DNA from: Bacteroidales bacterium
GTDB lineage: Bacteria > Bacteroidota > Bacteroidia > Bacteroidales > VadinHA17
DNA: 64,000 bases
NCBI GenBank assembly: GCA_003141895.1
Contig: PLNT01000018.1
Span: 257,884 to 321,883 of the forward strand
Direction of reading: 5' to 3'
Of this stretch, positions 1 to 9,069 are shown piece by piece. The notes under the pieces were generated by a model that saw nothing but the letters and a program-made list of their open reading frames with translations, was not told the origin of the DNA and did no database searches. Every line of letters begins with the position of its first letter. The stretch's first letter is position 1. Made by a program: the position numbers and the translations under genes.

Positions 1-541
1 CCACCTCAAATCCATTTTTCTTTAATTTTTTCACTTGAGGTTCCCAATATTCTCCCATTATTTTAAAAAGAAAATAACGGGGATCTAGTCTATTTGCCAA
101 TTTGTCTATAAAAAACTCGCGTTTACGACCATCTTCCTGTACTCTGCATGACCAACCGATTACTATTTTTCTTATAGGCATTATTCCATCATGAGCAGGA
201 TTGACATAACATAATTTATTTTTATCAACTCCTAACATTGCTAACTTATCTGAAGTTTCTTTTGACATACAGATAAGTGCAGATGCATTTTTGGCCTGTT
301 CAGATATATATTTCAGTTTATCGATATTATCAATGTGAGTAATCATTAGTGTTGTTATTCCTTTATTTGGACACTCATAAACATTATAAGGAATGTAATG
401 ATTTATGTCGGCTTTTTCATCTGGAGTTTCAGCAATGTCAACTTCAATACCATTTTTCTGTAAATTTTCATACATTTTATTGACAAACTTGCCAAAAATC
501 CATTGGAAACAACTATTGAGACAAACAATTCTTACCTTCAT
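1..541 (-). CDS. Putative glycosyltransferase, N-terminal part only (ORF runs off the left edge of the window)
   Basis: My own translation of the minus strand from the ATG at 541-539 gives MKVRIVCLNSCFQWIFGKFVNKMYENLQKNGIEVDIAETPDEK... It stays open to position 1, about 180 codons. It is absent from the ORF track because there is no stop in the window. The function is inferred from the glycan-cluster context only. Confidence 0.5.
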   Translation of the reverse strand, partial: MKVRIVCLNSCFQWIFGKFVNKMYENLQKNGIEVDIAETPDEKADINHYIPYNVYECPNKGITTLMITHIDNIDKLKYISEQAKNASALICMSKETSDKLAMLGVDKNKLCYVNPAHDGIMPIRKIVIGWSCRVQEDGRKREFFIDKLANRLDPRYFLFKIMGEYWEPQVKKLKKNGFEV

Positions 542-552
542 TTACACCAATA

Positions 553-1674
553 TTACCTTTTAAAATTGTCAATTAACTCACAAATAAACTCGATTTTATC
601 TCTTGTCAGGTTACTGCCCGAAGGCAAATAAAATCCATTTTCAGAAAGCCAATCTGTAATAGAATAATTTCCACTTGGATTACATCCGTAATTTATAAGT
701 GATAATTGCCTGTTCATCCCTGTAAAAAAGAGCCGGGTATCGATATTATTTTCTCTCAAATAAGCAATTAATTCAGAGCGTGATCGACCATAAATTTCAG
801 AATTGACCACCAGTCCATTCATCCAATGCACATTGACCACATCGGGATTTGTTCTTTGAACTGAAATACCCGGGATGGTGGTCAAGAACTGTTGATATAA
901 CTCTCCGTTTTTGATTCTCATTTCTCTATACTCATCTGCTTTTTCTACCTGTGCCAATCCAATTGCAGCATGTATGTTTGACATCCGATAGTTGTAACCA
1001 ATATGCTTATGAAGGTAAATACGTGGTGAATCAAGAGGGAAGCACAGGTTCTTATAATATAAAGCTTTCTTATATAATTCTTCATCGGCTGTTACCACCA
1101 TACCACCTTCTCCTGTTGTCAGATTTTTATTTGCAAAGAAACTGAACGCAGTGATAGCTGCTAAAGATCCGGTACGATGACCTTTATATTCAGCACCATG
1201 TGATTCAGCAGCGTCTTCAACTACAACAAGATTATATTTTTTTGCTAAACTCCAGATCGCCTCCATGTTACATGGGTGTCCGAAAATTGAAACCGGCATT
1301 ATTGCTTTCGTCCTGGCTGTAATCTTTTCTTCTATTTTTGTTACATCAATATTCCATGATTCCGGTTCTGCATCAACAAATACCGGTTTAGCGCCCGTAT
1401 AACAGACGGCAAATGCAGATGCAATCATAGTAAAGTTAGGAATAATAACTTCATCTCCTGGCCCAATACCTGCAGCAATTAAAGCCAAATGAACTGCTAC
1501 TGTTCCATTGCAGACTGCAACCCCATATTTTACCTGACAATAAGCTGCGAATTGTTCTTCGAAAGCTTTAACATATTTACCAGAGGAAGAAATCCAACCG
1601 GTATTGATGCAATCTGTTACATATGCCAGCTCATTTCCATTCAGTAATGGCTCGCAAACAGGTATAAAATCCAT
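553..1674 (-). CDS. DegT/DnrJ/EryC1/StrS-family PLP-dependent sugar aminotransferase
   Basis: 373-aa ORF. The N-terminus IPVCEPLLNGNELAYVTDCINTGWISSSGKYVKAFEEQFA and the FSFFANKNLTTGEGGMV region are typical of this family. It sits in a glycan cluster. Confidence 0.85.
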   Translation of the reverse strand: MDFIPVCEPLLNGNELAYVTDCINTGWISSSGKYVKAFEEQFAAYCQVKYGVAVCNGTVAVHLALIAAGIGPGDEVIIPNFTMIASAFAVCYTGAKPVFVDAEPESWNIDVTKIEEKITARTKAIMPVSIFGHPCNMEAIWSLAKKYNLVVVEDAAESHGAEYKGHRTGSLAAITAFSFFANKNLTTGEGGMVVTADEELYKKALYYKNLCFPLDSPRIYLHKHIGYNYRMSNIHAAIGLAQVEKADEYREMRIKNGELYQQFLTTIPGISVQRTNPDVVNVHWMNGLVVNSEIYGRSRSELIAYLRENNIDTRLFFTGMNRQLSLINYGCNPSGNYSITDWLSENGFYLPSGSNLTRDKIEFICELIDNFKR

Positions 1675-1679
1675 AAACT

Positions 1680-2108
1680 CTATTTAATAATTATTTTTTC
1701 ACCTTCATTGCCTTTAAAACGGGTTTTATCTTGTTCTCCAGCATAGGGACCCTGTTTTACTTCTATCATTTCAATTTCTTCCAGAACTTCAAAACCATGA
1801 CCACCTTCAGAAAGTAAAATGACATCTCCCGATACAAGTATATAACTTTCAACATATTCTTGCTCATTGGTATAGAAATCAACCCTCAATTTACCTTTCC
1901 GGATAAATAATACCTCTTTTGTAAAATGCACTTCACGCGGGACGGGGTTATGCACATGAGGTTCAATGATTTTCCCTGTCGGATGTCTCATAAATGCAAG
2001 TTGCTGAGAGAAATCATCGGGCGTAACAAATTTAATTCCAGGTTCGCAAAATTGATTTCTGATTATTATTGCTAGTAGAATATCATTATGTTTAATTTCT
2101 CTTATCAT
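1680..2108 (-). CDS. Cupin-fold protein associated with polysaccharide clusters (possible sugar keto-isomerase or epimerase; subfamily not resolved)
   Basis: 142-aa ORF with a His-rich beta-barrel-like core (EPHVHNPVPREVHFTKEVLFIRKGKLRVDFY...GGHGFEVL). It lies 5 nt upstream of the aminotransferase. Confidence 0.5.
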   Translation of the reverse strand: MIREIKHNDILLAIIIRNQFCEPGIKFVTPDDFSQQLAFMRHPTGKIIEPHVHNPVPREVHFTKEVLFIRKGKLRVDFYTNEQEYVESYILVSGDVILLSEGGHGFEVLEEIEMIEVKQGPYAGEQDKTRFKGNEGEKIIIK

Positions 2109-2146
2109 AACAGTAGTTTATAAATATTAAAAAACTGGTAACCGGT

Positions 2147-3103
2147 TTATTTACGCACAATGCTTTTAACGCCATTTTTTAAAAACCGGTAAAAATCTAA
2201 GCAAATATTCCAAATTTTCCTAATTATTACAGATCGGGAGTATAATAAATATAGTATTGACCTAATTGTCTTTTCAAGTTTATAGGAGTCAGAAAATGAG
2301 GCTCCTGCCATTCCGAAATTATCAGTACGAAGGTAAATTATTCCCAAAGATAGATATTTTGCAGCAAGAGTGGTTTTACCACAATATTTCAGAATATGGT
2401 CTTTATATTTAATAATCAGTTTCTTCCTCCCTTCTGCAATTAATGCATTGTTCATACAAATACTTGGCTCATTTCCATAAATATCACCGTCGTTATGAAT
2501 AATTGCAAGTGGTTCTTTTACCAGACCGATCTTGCAGATTCTGGAAACGCGTAAGCAAAAATCATCGTCTTGTCCGTACACGAATTCAGGATCAAATACA
2601 TCTGGTTTAAGTTCATTAATAACATCTTTCTTAACAATGATGGTTATCATATATGAAAGATAGCCCTGAGTCAGCGCCTCTTTGTAGACATTTCCTTCTA
2701 AATTAAACTGGTAACCTTCGCTTATCTTCCCACTGTTCGAACAACCAAAAGCTCGTGAATATACGGCACCCAGACTCTGATCATTATCGAAACGCCGAAT
2801 CAGTTTCTCCAGGAACTCAGGCATCCATTCATCATCAGAATCAAGAAATGCCACATATTTGCCATTTGACTTTACGACTCCAAAGTTCAAAGCAGCATTT
2901 TGGCCCTTATTTATTTCTTGCTTAAAGTATCTGATCCTTTCGTCTTTAAAACTGCCTATAATCTTATCTGTATTGTCTTTCGAACCATCATCGACAATGA
3001 TCAATTCAAAATCAACCATGGTTTGATTGAGAACGCTTTTTACAGAACGGCTTATCAAATTAGACCTATTAAAAGTTGGGATAATAATAGATACTATTGG
3101 CAT
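2147..3103 (-). CDS. Family 2 glycosyltransferase
   Basis: VSIIIPTFNRSNLISRSVKSVLNQT...ELIIVDDGSKDNT...FLDSDDEW are the classic GT2 N-terminal motifs, including the DxD. Confidence 0.9.
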   Translation of the reverse strand: MPIVSIIIPTFNRSNLISRSVKSVLNQTMVDFELIIVDDGSKDNTDKIIGSFKDERIRYFKQEINKGQNAALNFGVVKSNGKYVAFLDSDDEWMPEFLEKLIRRFDNDQSLGAVYSRAFGCSNSGKISEGYQFNLEGNVYKEALTQGYLSYMITIIVKKDVINELKPDVFDPEFVYGQDDDFCLRVSRICKIGLVKEPLAIIHNDGDIYGNEPSICMNNALIAEGRKKLIIKYKDHILKYCGKTTLAAKYLSLGIIYLRTDNFGMAGASFSDSYKLEKTIRSILYLLYSRSVIIRKIWNICLDFYRFLKNGVKSIVRK

Positions 3104-4119
3104 TAATTTTCTAAATTATTTATTTGTAACCTTCTAAACCTCATAAATAGAATTGTATTTTGATAAATCGCACGAAGAGGATTAGAATACAGTATCCGAC
3201 AAAGAGGCCATAAAGATAGACATATTTTAAAGGCATATCTATTTATTTCGATTCTTGTGAACTTATTTTTTTTAATAAAAAGATTAAACATTTTGTATTT
3301 AAGATCAAACAAAATTTTAAACCTTTCCTGGCTGTTAATTATTTTGTTCGAATAGTTAGAAGGACAAATAAGAGAAGCTGTTTCGCTATTTATGTCACAA
3401 TTAAGTTTGTGTGAAAGATAATCTGCCAGTGCCTTATTCCTTGAATTTACTGAGGAATCTCTATTTTGGTTTGTAATCTGAAAATTGTGTTGGCGATAGC
3501 TAGTTAAATATTTTGGAATATTAATAAGTTCAAACCCTGACAATTCAACTCTAAACCATAGATCAACATCTTCAGCATCAATGTAATCCGAACGATAACC
3601 TCCTAAAGAACGAATCAAATCTGTCCTATACATAACACAAGGATGACCAATCCTTATTTCACCATTCAAATAAGTCCAATAATCAAAATCCTCTTTTTTA
3701 TATGGTAATTTCCAATATGTTAAAGTTATGTCATGTTCATTAATTATCTCCATCCAACTCCCGACCACTCCCACATTTGTTTTTTTTTCAAGCAGATTTA
3801 CTTGATCCTCTAAGCGATTTTGTTGCATAATATCGTCTGAATCAATTCGAGCTATATATTTGCCTATTGCTAAATCAATTCCCTTATTAAGTGCAAATAC
3901 AATTCCATGATTATCCTGATTATGCACCCTAATCCGCTGATCTCTTTTCTCGTACCGCTTAAGAATTTCACTTGTACTATCAAATGAACCATCATTTATA
4001 ATAAGTAATTCAAAATCTCTGTAATTCTGCCTAAGTATGCTTTCAATCGATGCAGACAAGTACTTTTCACCATTATAGACAGGCAATAGTACTGTTACTA
4101 GTGGAGATTTTGCAATCAT
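3103..4119 (-). CDS. Family 2 glycosyltransferase
   Basis: VTVLLPVYNGEKYLSASIESILRQNYRDFELLIINDGSFDST...RIDSDDIM are GT2 motifs. The stop overlaps the start of the downstream GT2 gene. Confidence 0.9.
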   Translation of the reverse strand: MIAKSPLVTVLLPVYNGEKYLSASIESILRQNYRDFELLIINDGSFDSTSEILKRYEKRDQRIRVHNQDNHGIVFALNKGIDLAIGKYIARIDSDDIMQQNRLEDQVNLLEKKTNVGVVGSWMEIINEHDITLTYWKLPYKKEDFDYWTYLNGEIRIGHPCVMYRTDLIRSLGGYRSDYIDAEDVDLWFRVELSGFELINIPKYLTSYRQHNFQITNQNRDSSVNSRNKALADYLSHKLNCDINSETASLICPSNYSNKIINSQERFKILFDLKYKMFNLFIKKNKFTRIEINRYAFKICLSLWPLCRILYSNPLRAIYQNTILFMRFRRLQINNLEN

Positions 4120-4174
4120 GTAATTGACATTTTTGTCAATGATTCAAACAGCGCATTAGCATCAGACATTCCGA

Positions 4175-5080
4175 CTAATCCACTCTTACCCAAGATTCAG
4201 GAATCAGATCAGTTGAATCTAGTTTGAGATCATTAAACCATTTTCCTGGAGCAATGACAATCTTATCCGGATTCCTATTTAACCAGGCTCCCCACCAGCT
4301 AAATGAACTATTAGCAATGATATTATGCTTACACAGGCTCATCAGCCTCAAATCCTCATAATTTTTAGAAGCATCATTTTGGTCAATTATTGTAAAAGGA
4401 TAATTAATCTTAAAGTTCTCTCTAACCCAAACGGGATCATCCGAAAAAATATAGAAATGACAGTCAGGAACCTTCAGAGCTATCATTTGGATCGAAGTAT
4501 TATAATAATCATAAGAACAAACGCCGTGTATTTTGTTTGTTAAAGGATTATGAACATAATCCCCTCGCCTTATATGTATGGAGACTGATTCATGTTTACA
4601 TATAAGTTCGATAAATTCCTTATTTTTATAATTGGGTTCATATTTTATGACAAATTCCCTTAGTAATATTTCTCGTATCTCAGAGAAATATCTCTCAGAT
4701 TGCCAATATCCATCTAAATAAATATTTCCCTTTCTATCTAATATAGCAGGATCAAAACCACTCTTATTTTCTCTGATATATGTTGGATGTTTGTAAAAAA
4801 AAGATGTCGGATATGATGAAAAACCCAATGTCCTGGAGACTTTAGATGACAGATTCGAAAAACGTGTTTTCCTTTTTCTTTTGAAAGTCTCAATTTCTTC
4901 AATTGATGCAATATGTTCCCATATTTCAAAACAATGGAGTCCGTATCTCTGAAGTTTGTATTCTTCGAAACCAGATAAATCCAATTTAAGGAAAGTCGAA
5001 TTTCTCTCTGCAAGATTCCTACCCAAAGCGTATTGAAATAGCTGATTCCCCAAACCACCTATTAATTTAACAATAATCAT
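4175..5080 (-). CDS. GT11-family alpha-1,2-fucosyltransferase
   Basis: MIIVKLIGGLGNQLFQYALGRNLA at the N-terminus, HIRRGDY in the middle and ANSSFSWWGAWLN near the C-terminus are the three hallmark GT11 motifs. gmd and fcl lie in the same locus. Confidence 0.85.
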   Translation of the reverse strand: MIIVKLIGGLGNQLFQYALGRNLAERNSTFLKLDLSGFEEYKLQRYGLHCFEIWEHIASIEEIETFKRKRKTRFSNLSSKVSRTLGFSSYPTSFFYKHPTYIRENKSGFDPAILDRKGNIYLDGYWQSERYFSEIREILLREFVIKYEPNYKNKEFIELICKHESVSIHIRRGDYVHNPLTNKIHGVCSYDYYNTSIQMIALKVPDCHFYIFSDDPVWVRENFKINYPFTIIDQNDASKNYEDLRLMSLCKHNIIANSSFSWWGAWLNRNPDKIVIAPGKWFNDLKLDSTDLIPESWVRVD

Positions 5081-5165
5081 TCAAATAAAATTTTGGTGAA
5101 AACTCAATGCAATTTTTTAAACCAATCTGTGTAAACACACGAGATATTAGAAATCAAGAAAATTA

Positions 5166-5876
5166 TTAAGTGTTTTTGAGTTTCCAATTTTCCCATACGA
5201 ATTCATATTGATAAGTTAAGTAATGAGTTTTACTTAAATTGTTTTGAATAGCGTACATTCTTTCTTTTGCCATCGGAACAAAATCATGAAACTGAACTTG
5301 AATATTTTCGAAAATTGAAATTCTATCACTATGAGTAAGATGTTCTAGTAAATCATATTCCCCTCCCTCAATATTAATTTTCATAAGGTCAACATGCTCA
5401 ATATTATTTTTAACTAAAAAATCATCAATTTTTACCAATTGTATTTCTTCTGTTTCTTGACCAGGTTTAAAGGTCGATGAAGAGTCAGCAGAAATACTTA
5501 GTTTTTCTTTAATATTGGCTTTGGATAAACCATAAGCATAAATCATAACCTTTGAATTTTTTTTGAAACGTTCTTCAATATTATCTGCAAATTTTTTGAC
5601 TGGTTCAAAAACGTGAATTGAACAGACATATTTGCAAAAGATATCGGCTGCCCATTGTCCTTCATACCCACCAAGATCAATCACAACAGATTTTTCATTC
5701 AATTCGTAATTTAAACGGAGTGTTTTATCTCCATTATCTCTAAACCATGGCACCACACGAAGTGCTTGTAAAGAAGATGAGCCTTCATTAAATATTTTTT
5801 TATTAAAAATTATTTTAGAGCTAATATTAATAAGTCTCCTTGTTTTTTTTCGAATATTATTTATTACTGTACTCAT
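5166..5876 (-). CDS. FkbM-family SAM-dependent methyltransferase
   Basis: VIDLGGYEGQWAADI (SAM-binding glycine loop) and ...MKINIEGGEYDLLEHL (the FkbM 'IEG.E' motif). Confidence 0.75.
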   Translation of the reverse strand: MSTVINNIRKKTRRLINISSKIIFNKKIFNEGSSSLQALRVVPWFRDNGDKTLRLNYELNEKSVVIDLGGYEGQWAADIFCKYVCSIHVFEPVKKFADNIEERFKKNSKVMIYAYGLSKANIKEKLSISADSSSTFKPGQETEEIQLVKIDDFLVKNNIEHVDLMKINIEGGEYDLLEHLTHSDRISIFENIQVQFHDFVPMAKERMYAIQNNLSKTHYLTYQYEFVWENWKLKNT

Positions 5877-5916
5877 TAGTCGTTGTATGTTGATAACCTA
5901 ATTTATAAAATCCTTC

Positions 5917-6753
5917 TTAATGCAATAAATCTTTAATAAACTTTTTTAAAAGTGCAACTTTATCCGTAATTATTGGATTATTAATGAGGATTTTGTTAAT
6001 ATTCAGGTTTTCAGATAATAATTTTGGGAAAACGTATTTTGAAGGGACTTTATCTAAAGTTACGTATGGTGGGTTTCCTAATAAGAAACTTTTCCCATCA
6101 TAACCAGATATAAGATAAGAAAGGTGACTATAAACAAATGCATTGTTCAATAAAGGCTCCTGAATTCCAAGTTTACCAAATAAATTTTCTTTTACTAAAA
6201 ATAAATTTGTGTCTGTCATATGAGCTAACTTATATCCTTTATGGTGTGCGAGTTTTAATAAAGACAGTGCTGAACTTCCGAAATACTCTCCACGTTTTTG
6301 AATAATCTCAACATCAGGAGGGATGGTTGGATTATATTCTACAAGAATTAGTCTTGGGGCATAATCAACTAAGCTCTCCAAAATATAATAATCGTCCCCA
6401 TCAATATCAATAGATAATAGATCCAAGTCAAAAGGAAATCCTACTTTTTTTAAAATAAAATCTAAGGATGTTTCTCCTTCTGGAGATACATAGGCAAGAA
6501 AGGGTTGTACGTTAATAGAACTCTTAGTATTACTTACTAAAAGATCAAATTTAACTTTATCACCTTCAATTAATAGAGCTTCCCATCCGTTGTTATGCCA
6601 CAGATTCCAAGAATTGCTTAAATGGATACCATCCCATGCTCCAAATTCAACACACTTTTTGTTTGTAGTCCCAATTCTTGCGAGAATTTCTTCAATAACA
6701 CCATCTTCGCCGAATTGGGACTGAACATTTTTTTCAAATTTCTTCAAGCACAT
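5917..6753 (-). CDS. Putative methyltransferase (FkbM-like or class I)
   Basis: QSQFGEDGVIEEIL...CVEFGAWDG...LLSIDIDGDDYYILE resembles FkbM-type methyltransferase cores. This is less certain than the neighbouring gene. Confidence 0.5.
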   Translation of the reverse strand: MCLKKFEKNVQSQFGEDGVIEEILARIGTTNKKCVEFGAWDGIHLSNSWNLWHNNGWEALLIEGDKVKFDLLVSNTKSSINVQPFLAYVSPEGETSLDFILKKVGFPFDLDLLSIDIDGDDYYILESLVDYAPRLILVEYNPTIPPDVEIIQKRGEYFGSSALSLLKLAHHKGYKLAHMTDTNLFLVKENLFGKLGIQEPLLNNAFVYSHLSYLISGYDGKSFLLGNPPYVTLDKVPSKYVFPKLLSENLNINKILINNPIITDKVALLKKFIKDLLH

Positions 6754-6758
6754 TTTGT

Positions 6759-8063
6759 CTATTTTATATAATTAATAATTGAAATTTCTACATTCATTGG
6801 ATTTAATATCATGCCGGTTCCAGAAGTTCTTATAATACTTTTATCTAAAGTTGAATCTGCTAAATCAGATATTGTTATTGCAGCAACATTTTCTAGATAC
6901 TGTATTGTTCTCTCAAAAGAAGACAGTCCTAATGTAAGATGATATGTACCAGATGCAAATAGCAATTGTTCTTCCTTAAATACAGCTTCATACCATCCTT
7001 TACCTAAATCAATTTCTTTGCTCCAAGTTGTCCTCAAATTTACATTATAAGAATCAGTGATGCCCAGAGCAATAATGAAATATTTTATATCAATATTTAG
7101 CTTAAATTGCACTCTAATTTGCCATGGTTTTCCGGCAGGGATTTCATTTACAAGTTTTCCATCTATATCCTCCACTTGGACCCGATGCACAAAACCAGCA
7201 AGATTCTCTGCATTTATAGGAGCCTTTATGTCATAAATTGCCCTAGTTGTATCACCGGATGCTATATAATTATTTAGGACATCATCAATACACCCTAAAG
7301 AATAAATTTGACCGTCCTTCAGAAGAACTCCTTTATCACATAACTTTCTCACAGCGGCCATATTATGACTTACAAATAATACCGTTTTTCCTTCTCCCTT
7401 GCTAACCTCTCCCATTTTTCCTAAACATTTTTTCTGAAATTCAGCATCACCAACAGCTAAGACTTCATCGACAATTAGAATTTCACTTTCAAGGTGAGCA
7501 GCTACAGCAAATGCTAGTCGAACAAACATCCCGCTACTATATCGTTTAACAGGGGTATCAATATAACGTTCAACCCCACTAAAATCAACAATTTCGTCTA
7601 ATTTGCGTGTTATTTCTTTTTTACGCATACCAAGGATAGCCCCATTGAGGTAAATATTTTCACGTCCAGTTAATTCAGGATGAAACCCTGTACCGACCTC
7701 CAGTAAACTTGCAACCCTACCCTTGATTTTGATTTTACCAGTTGTCGGGCTCGTCACTCTAGATATTATTTTCAATAATGTACTCTTACCGGCTCCATTT
7801 TTCCCAATTATTCCAAGCGCTTCACCTTGGTGAACATCAAAGTTGATTTCTCTTAAACTAAATACAATATCGCTTTTACCTTTTTTATCTCTTGTGTTGA
7901 CTTCACCAATTTTTAAAAAAGGATCTTCCTGTCCCCTGACCTTCATCTTAAACCAACGTTCTAAATCACGACTAATAGTACCTGTACCTATTTCGCCAAG
8001 ACGATATATTTTAGAAAGATTTTTTATTTCAATTACCCTATTCATTAGAATTAAATAAATCAA
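6759..8063 (-). CDS. wzt: ATP-binding subunit of an O-antigen/teichoic-acid-type ABC exporter (Wzt/TagH-like) with a C-terminal extension
   Basis: Walker A GKNGAGKST, signature YSSGMFVRLAFA and Walker B ILIVDEVLAVGD. About 180 aa follow the nucleotide-binding domain, where Wzt proteins carry a glycan-terminus-binding domain. The likely true start is the internal MNRVIEIKN at 8045. Confidence 0.9.
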   Translation of the reverse strand: MIYLILMNRVIEIKNLSKIYRLGEIGTGTISRDLERWFKMKVRGQEDPFLKIGEVNTRDKKGKSDIVFSLREINFDVHQGEALGIIGKNGAGKSTLLKIISRVTSPTTGKIKIKGRVASLLEVGTGFHPELTGRENIYLNGAILGMRKKEITRKLDEIVDFSGVERYIDTPVKRYSSGMFVRLAFAVAAHLESEILIVDEVLAVGDAEFQKKCLGKMGEVSKGEGKTVLFVSHNMAAVRKLCDKGVLLKDGQIYSLGCIDDVLNNYIASGDTTRAIYDIKAPINAENLAGFVHRVQVEDIDGKLVNEIPAGKPWQIRVQFKLNIDIKYFIIALGITDSYNVNLRTTWSKEIDLGKGWYEAVFKEEQLLFASGTYHLTLGLSSFERTIQYLENVAAITISDLADSTLDKSIIRTSGTGMILNPMNVEISIINYIK

Positions 8064-8918
8064 TTATATAGAATCCACAAAATTCTTCTCTGTTTTGTTA
8101 AAAACAATAATGCCAATAGCAAAAACAACTAGAGTCACGATAGCAGAATATCCCAAACTCCAGCCACTAAACTCACCTTTTCCAAGAAGACAATACCGGA
8201 ACGCCTCAATTATTCCGGTCATTGGATTTAGCTCAACCAAATGTTTGTATTTTGCCGGTAAAGATGCGAGAGGGAAAATGATAGTAGTGGTATACATTAG
8301 TAAGGGGACACCGAAGGTAACAAGAAATGCAAGATCGCGGTATTTAGTAGTCATAGCTGTAATAAATAATCCTAATCCGAGACCCAGTATTGCCATCATC
8401 AATACAAGCACAGGAATCATCAACAAAGACCAAGTTATTATAAAGATTGTTCCGTTCAAATAATAGTAGCTCATCATGGCCAGTAAAAGTAACATCTGAA
8501 CTATAAACCTGACCAGGTTGCTTACAACGATACTAAGAGGTAAGATAATCCTTGGAAAATATACTTTGCCAAAAATTTGCAAATTGTCTTTAAATACGGT
8601 GCTTGTTTTAGTAAGACAGTCTGCAAAGTAATTCCATGCAGTGATACCTGCGAGGTAAAAAACTGGTTGCGGCAAATCGTCAGTACTTAATGATGCCAGC
8701 CTACCAAAGACAAAAGTGTAAATAATTGTGGTAAAAAGTGGCTGAACAAAAAACCATATCGGTCCAAGGATGGTTTGTTTGTAAAAGCTGACAAAATCAC
8801 GCTTCACAAACATGACTAACAAATCGCGATAACTCCAGATGTCTTTGAACTTAAGATCAAATAATGAAGTCGAACCTTCAATTATTATATCCCATCCAGA
8901 CTCTTTTTCATTTTTCAT
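8064..8918 (-). CDS. wzm: ABC-2 type polysaccharide exporter permease (Wzm-like)
   Basis: Multi-pass hydrophobic protein directly upstream of wzt. FKDIWSYRDLLVMFVKRDFVSFYKQTILGPIWFFVQP is the typical ABC-2 N-terminus. The track ORF begins at a TTG (8963). The first ATG is at 8918. Confidence 0.85.
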   Translation of the reverse strand: MKNEKESGWDIIIEGSTSLFDLKFKDIWSYRDLLVMFVKRDFVSFYKQTILGPIWFFVQPLFTTIIYTFVFGRLASLSTDDLPQPVFYLAGITAWNYFADCLTKTSTVFKDNLQIFGKVYFPRIILPLSIVVSNLVRFIVQMLLLLAMMSYYYLNGTIFIITWSLLMIPVLVLMMAILGLGLGLFITAMTTKYRDLAFLVTFGVPLLMYTTTIIFPLASLPAKYKHLVELNPMTGIIEAFRYCLLGKGEFSGWSLGYSAIVTLVVFAIGIIVFNKTEKNFVDSI

Positions 8919-9069
8919 TAATGCAGAGTTTATAGTAGAATTTGTATTGACGCGAAAGTACAACCAAGTTCACGTAAATAGTTATAAAAACTCAATCCGG
9001 GGATTTTCAGAACACGAGAATTGTCAAAACTATTATTTGATAAACTTCAGATCGGACGTTAATTCTGAT

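Noticed and set aside
3780-3788. T9 (A9 on the coding strand) homopolymer inside the GT2 gene 3103..4119, considered as a phase-variation switch.
   Set aside because: A/T homopolymers of this length are common by composition in this AT-rich DNA (several others occur, for example near 5841 and 39741). Unlike the G/C tracts in the mobile element, it is not statistically remarkable.
8095-8463. Many antisense or alternative-frame ORFs of 60-170 aa inside strong genes. Examples are 951..1145, 2900..3106, 4325..4543, 4738..5058, 8095..8463, 13698..14039, 16383..16682, 30558..30911, 52249..52725, 54830..55288, 55804..56304, 57630..57974, 61714..62034 and 62789..63220.
   Set aside because: Each lies fully within a longer ORF that carries clear family motifs. 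Their sequences are low-complexity mirror images of the real frame. No independent evidence supports them.
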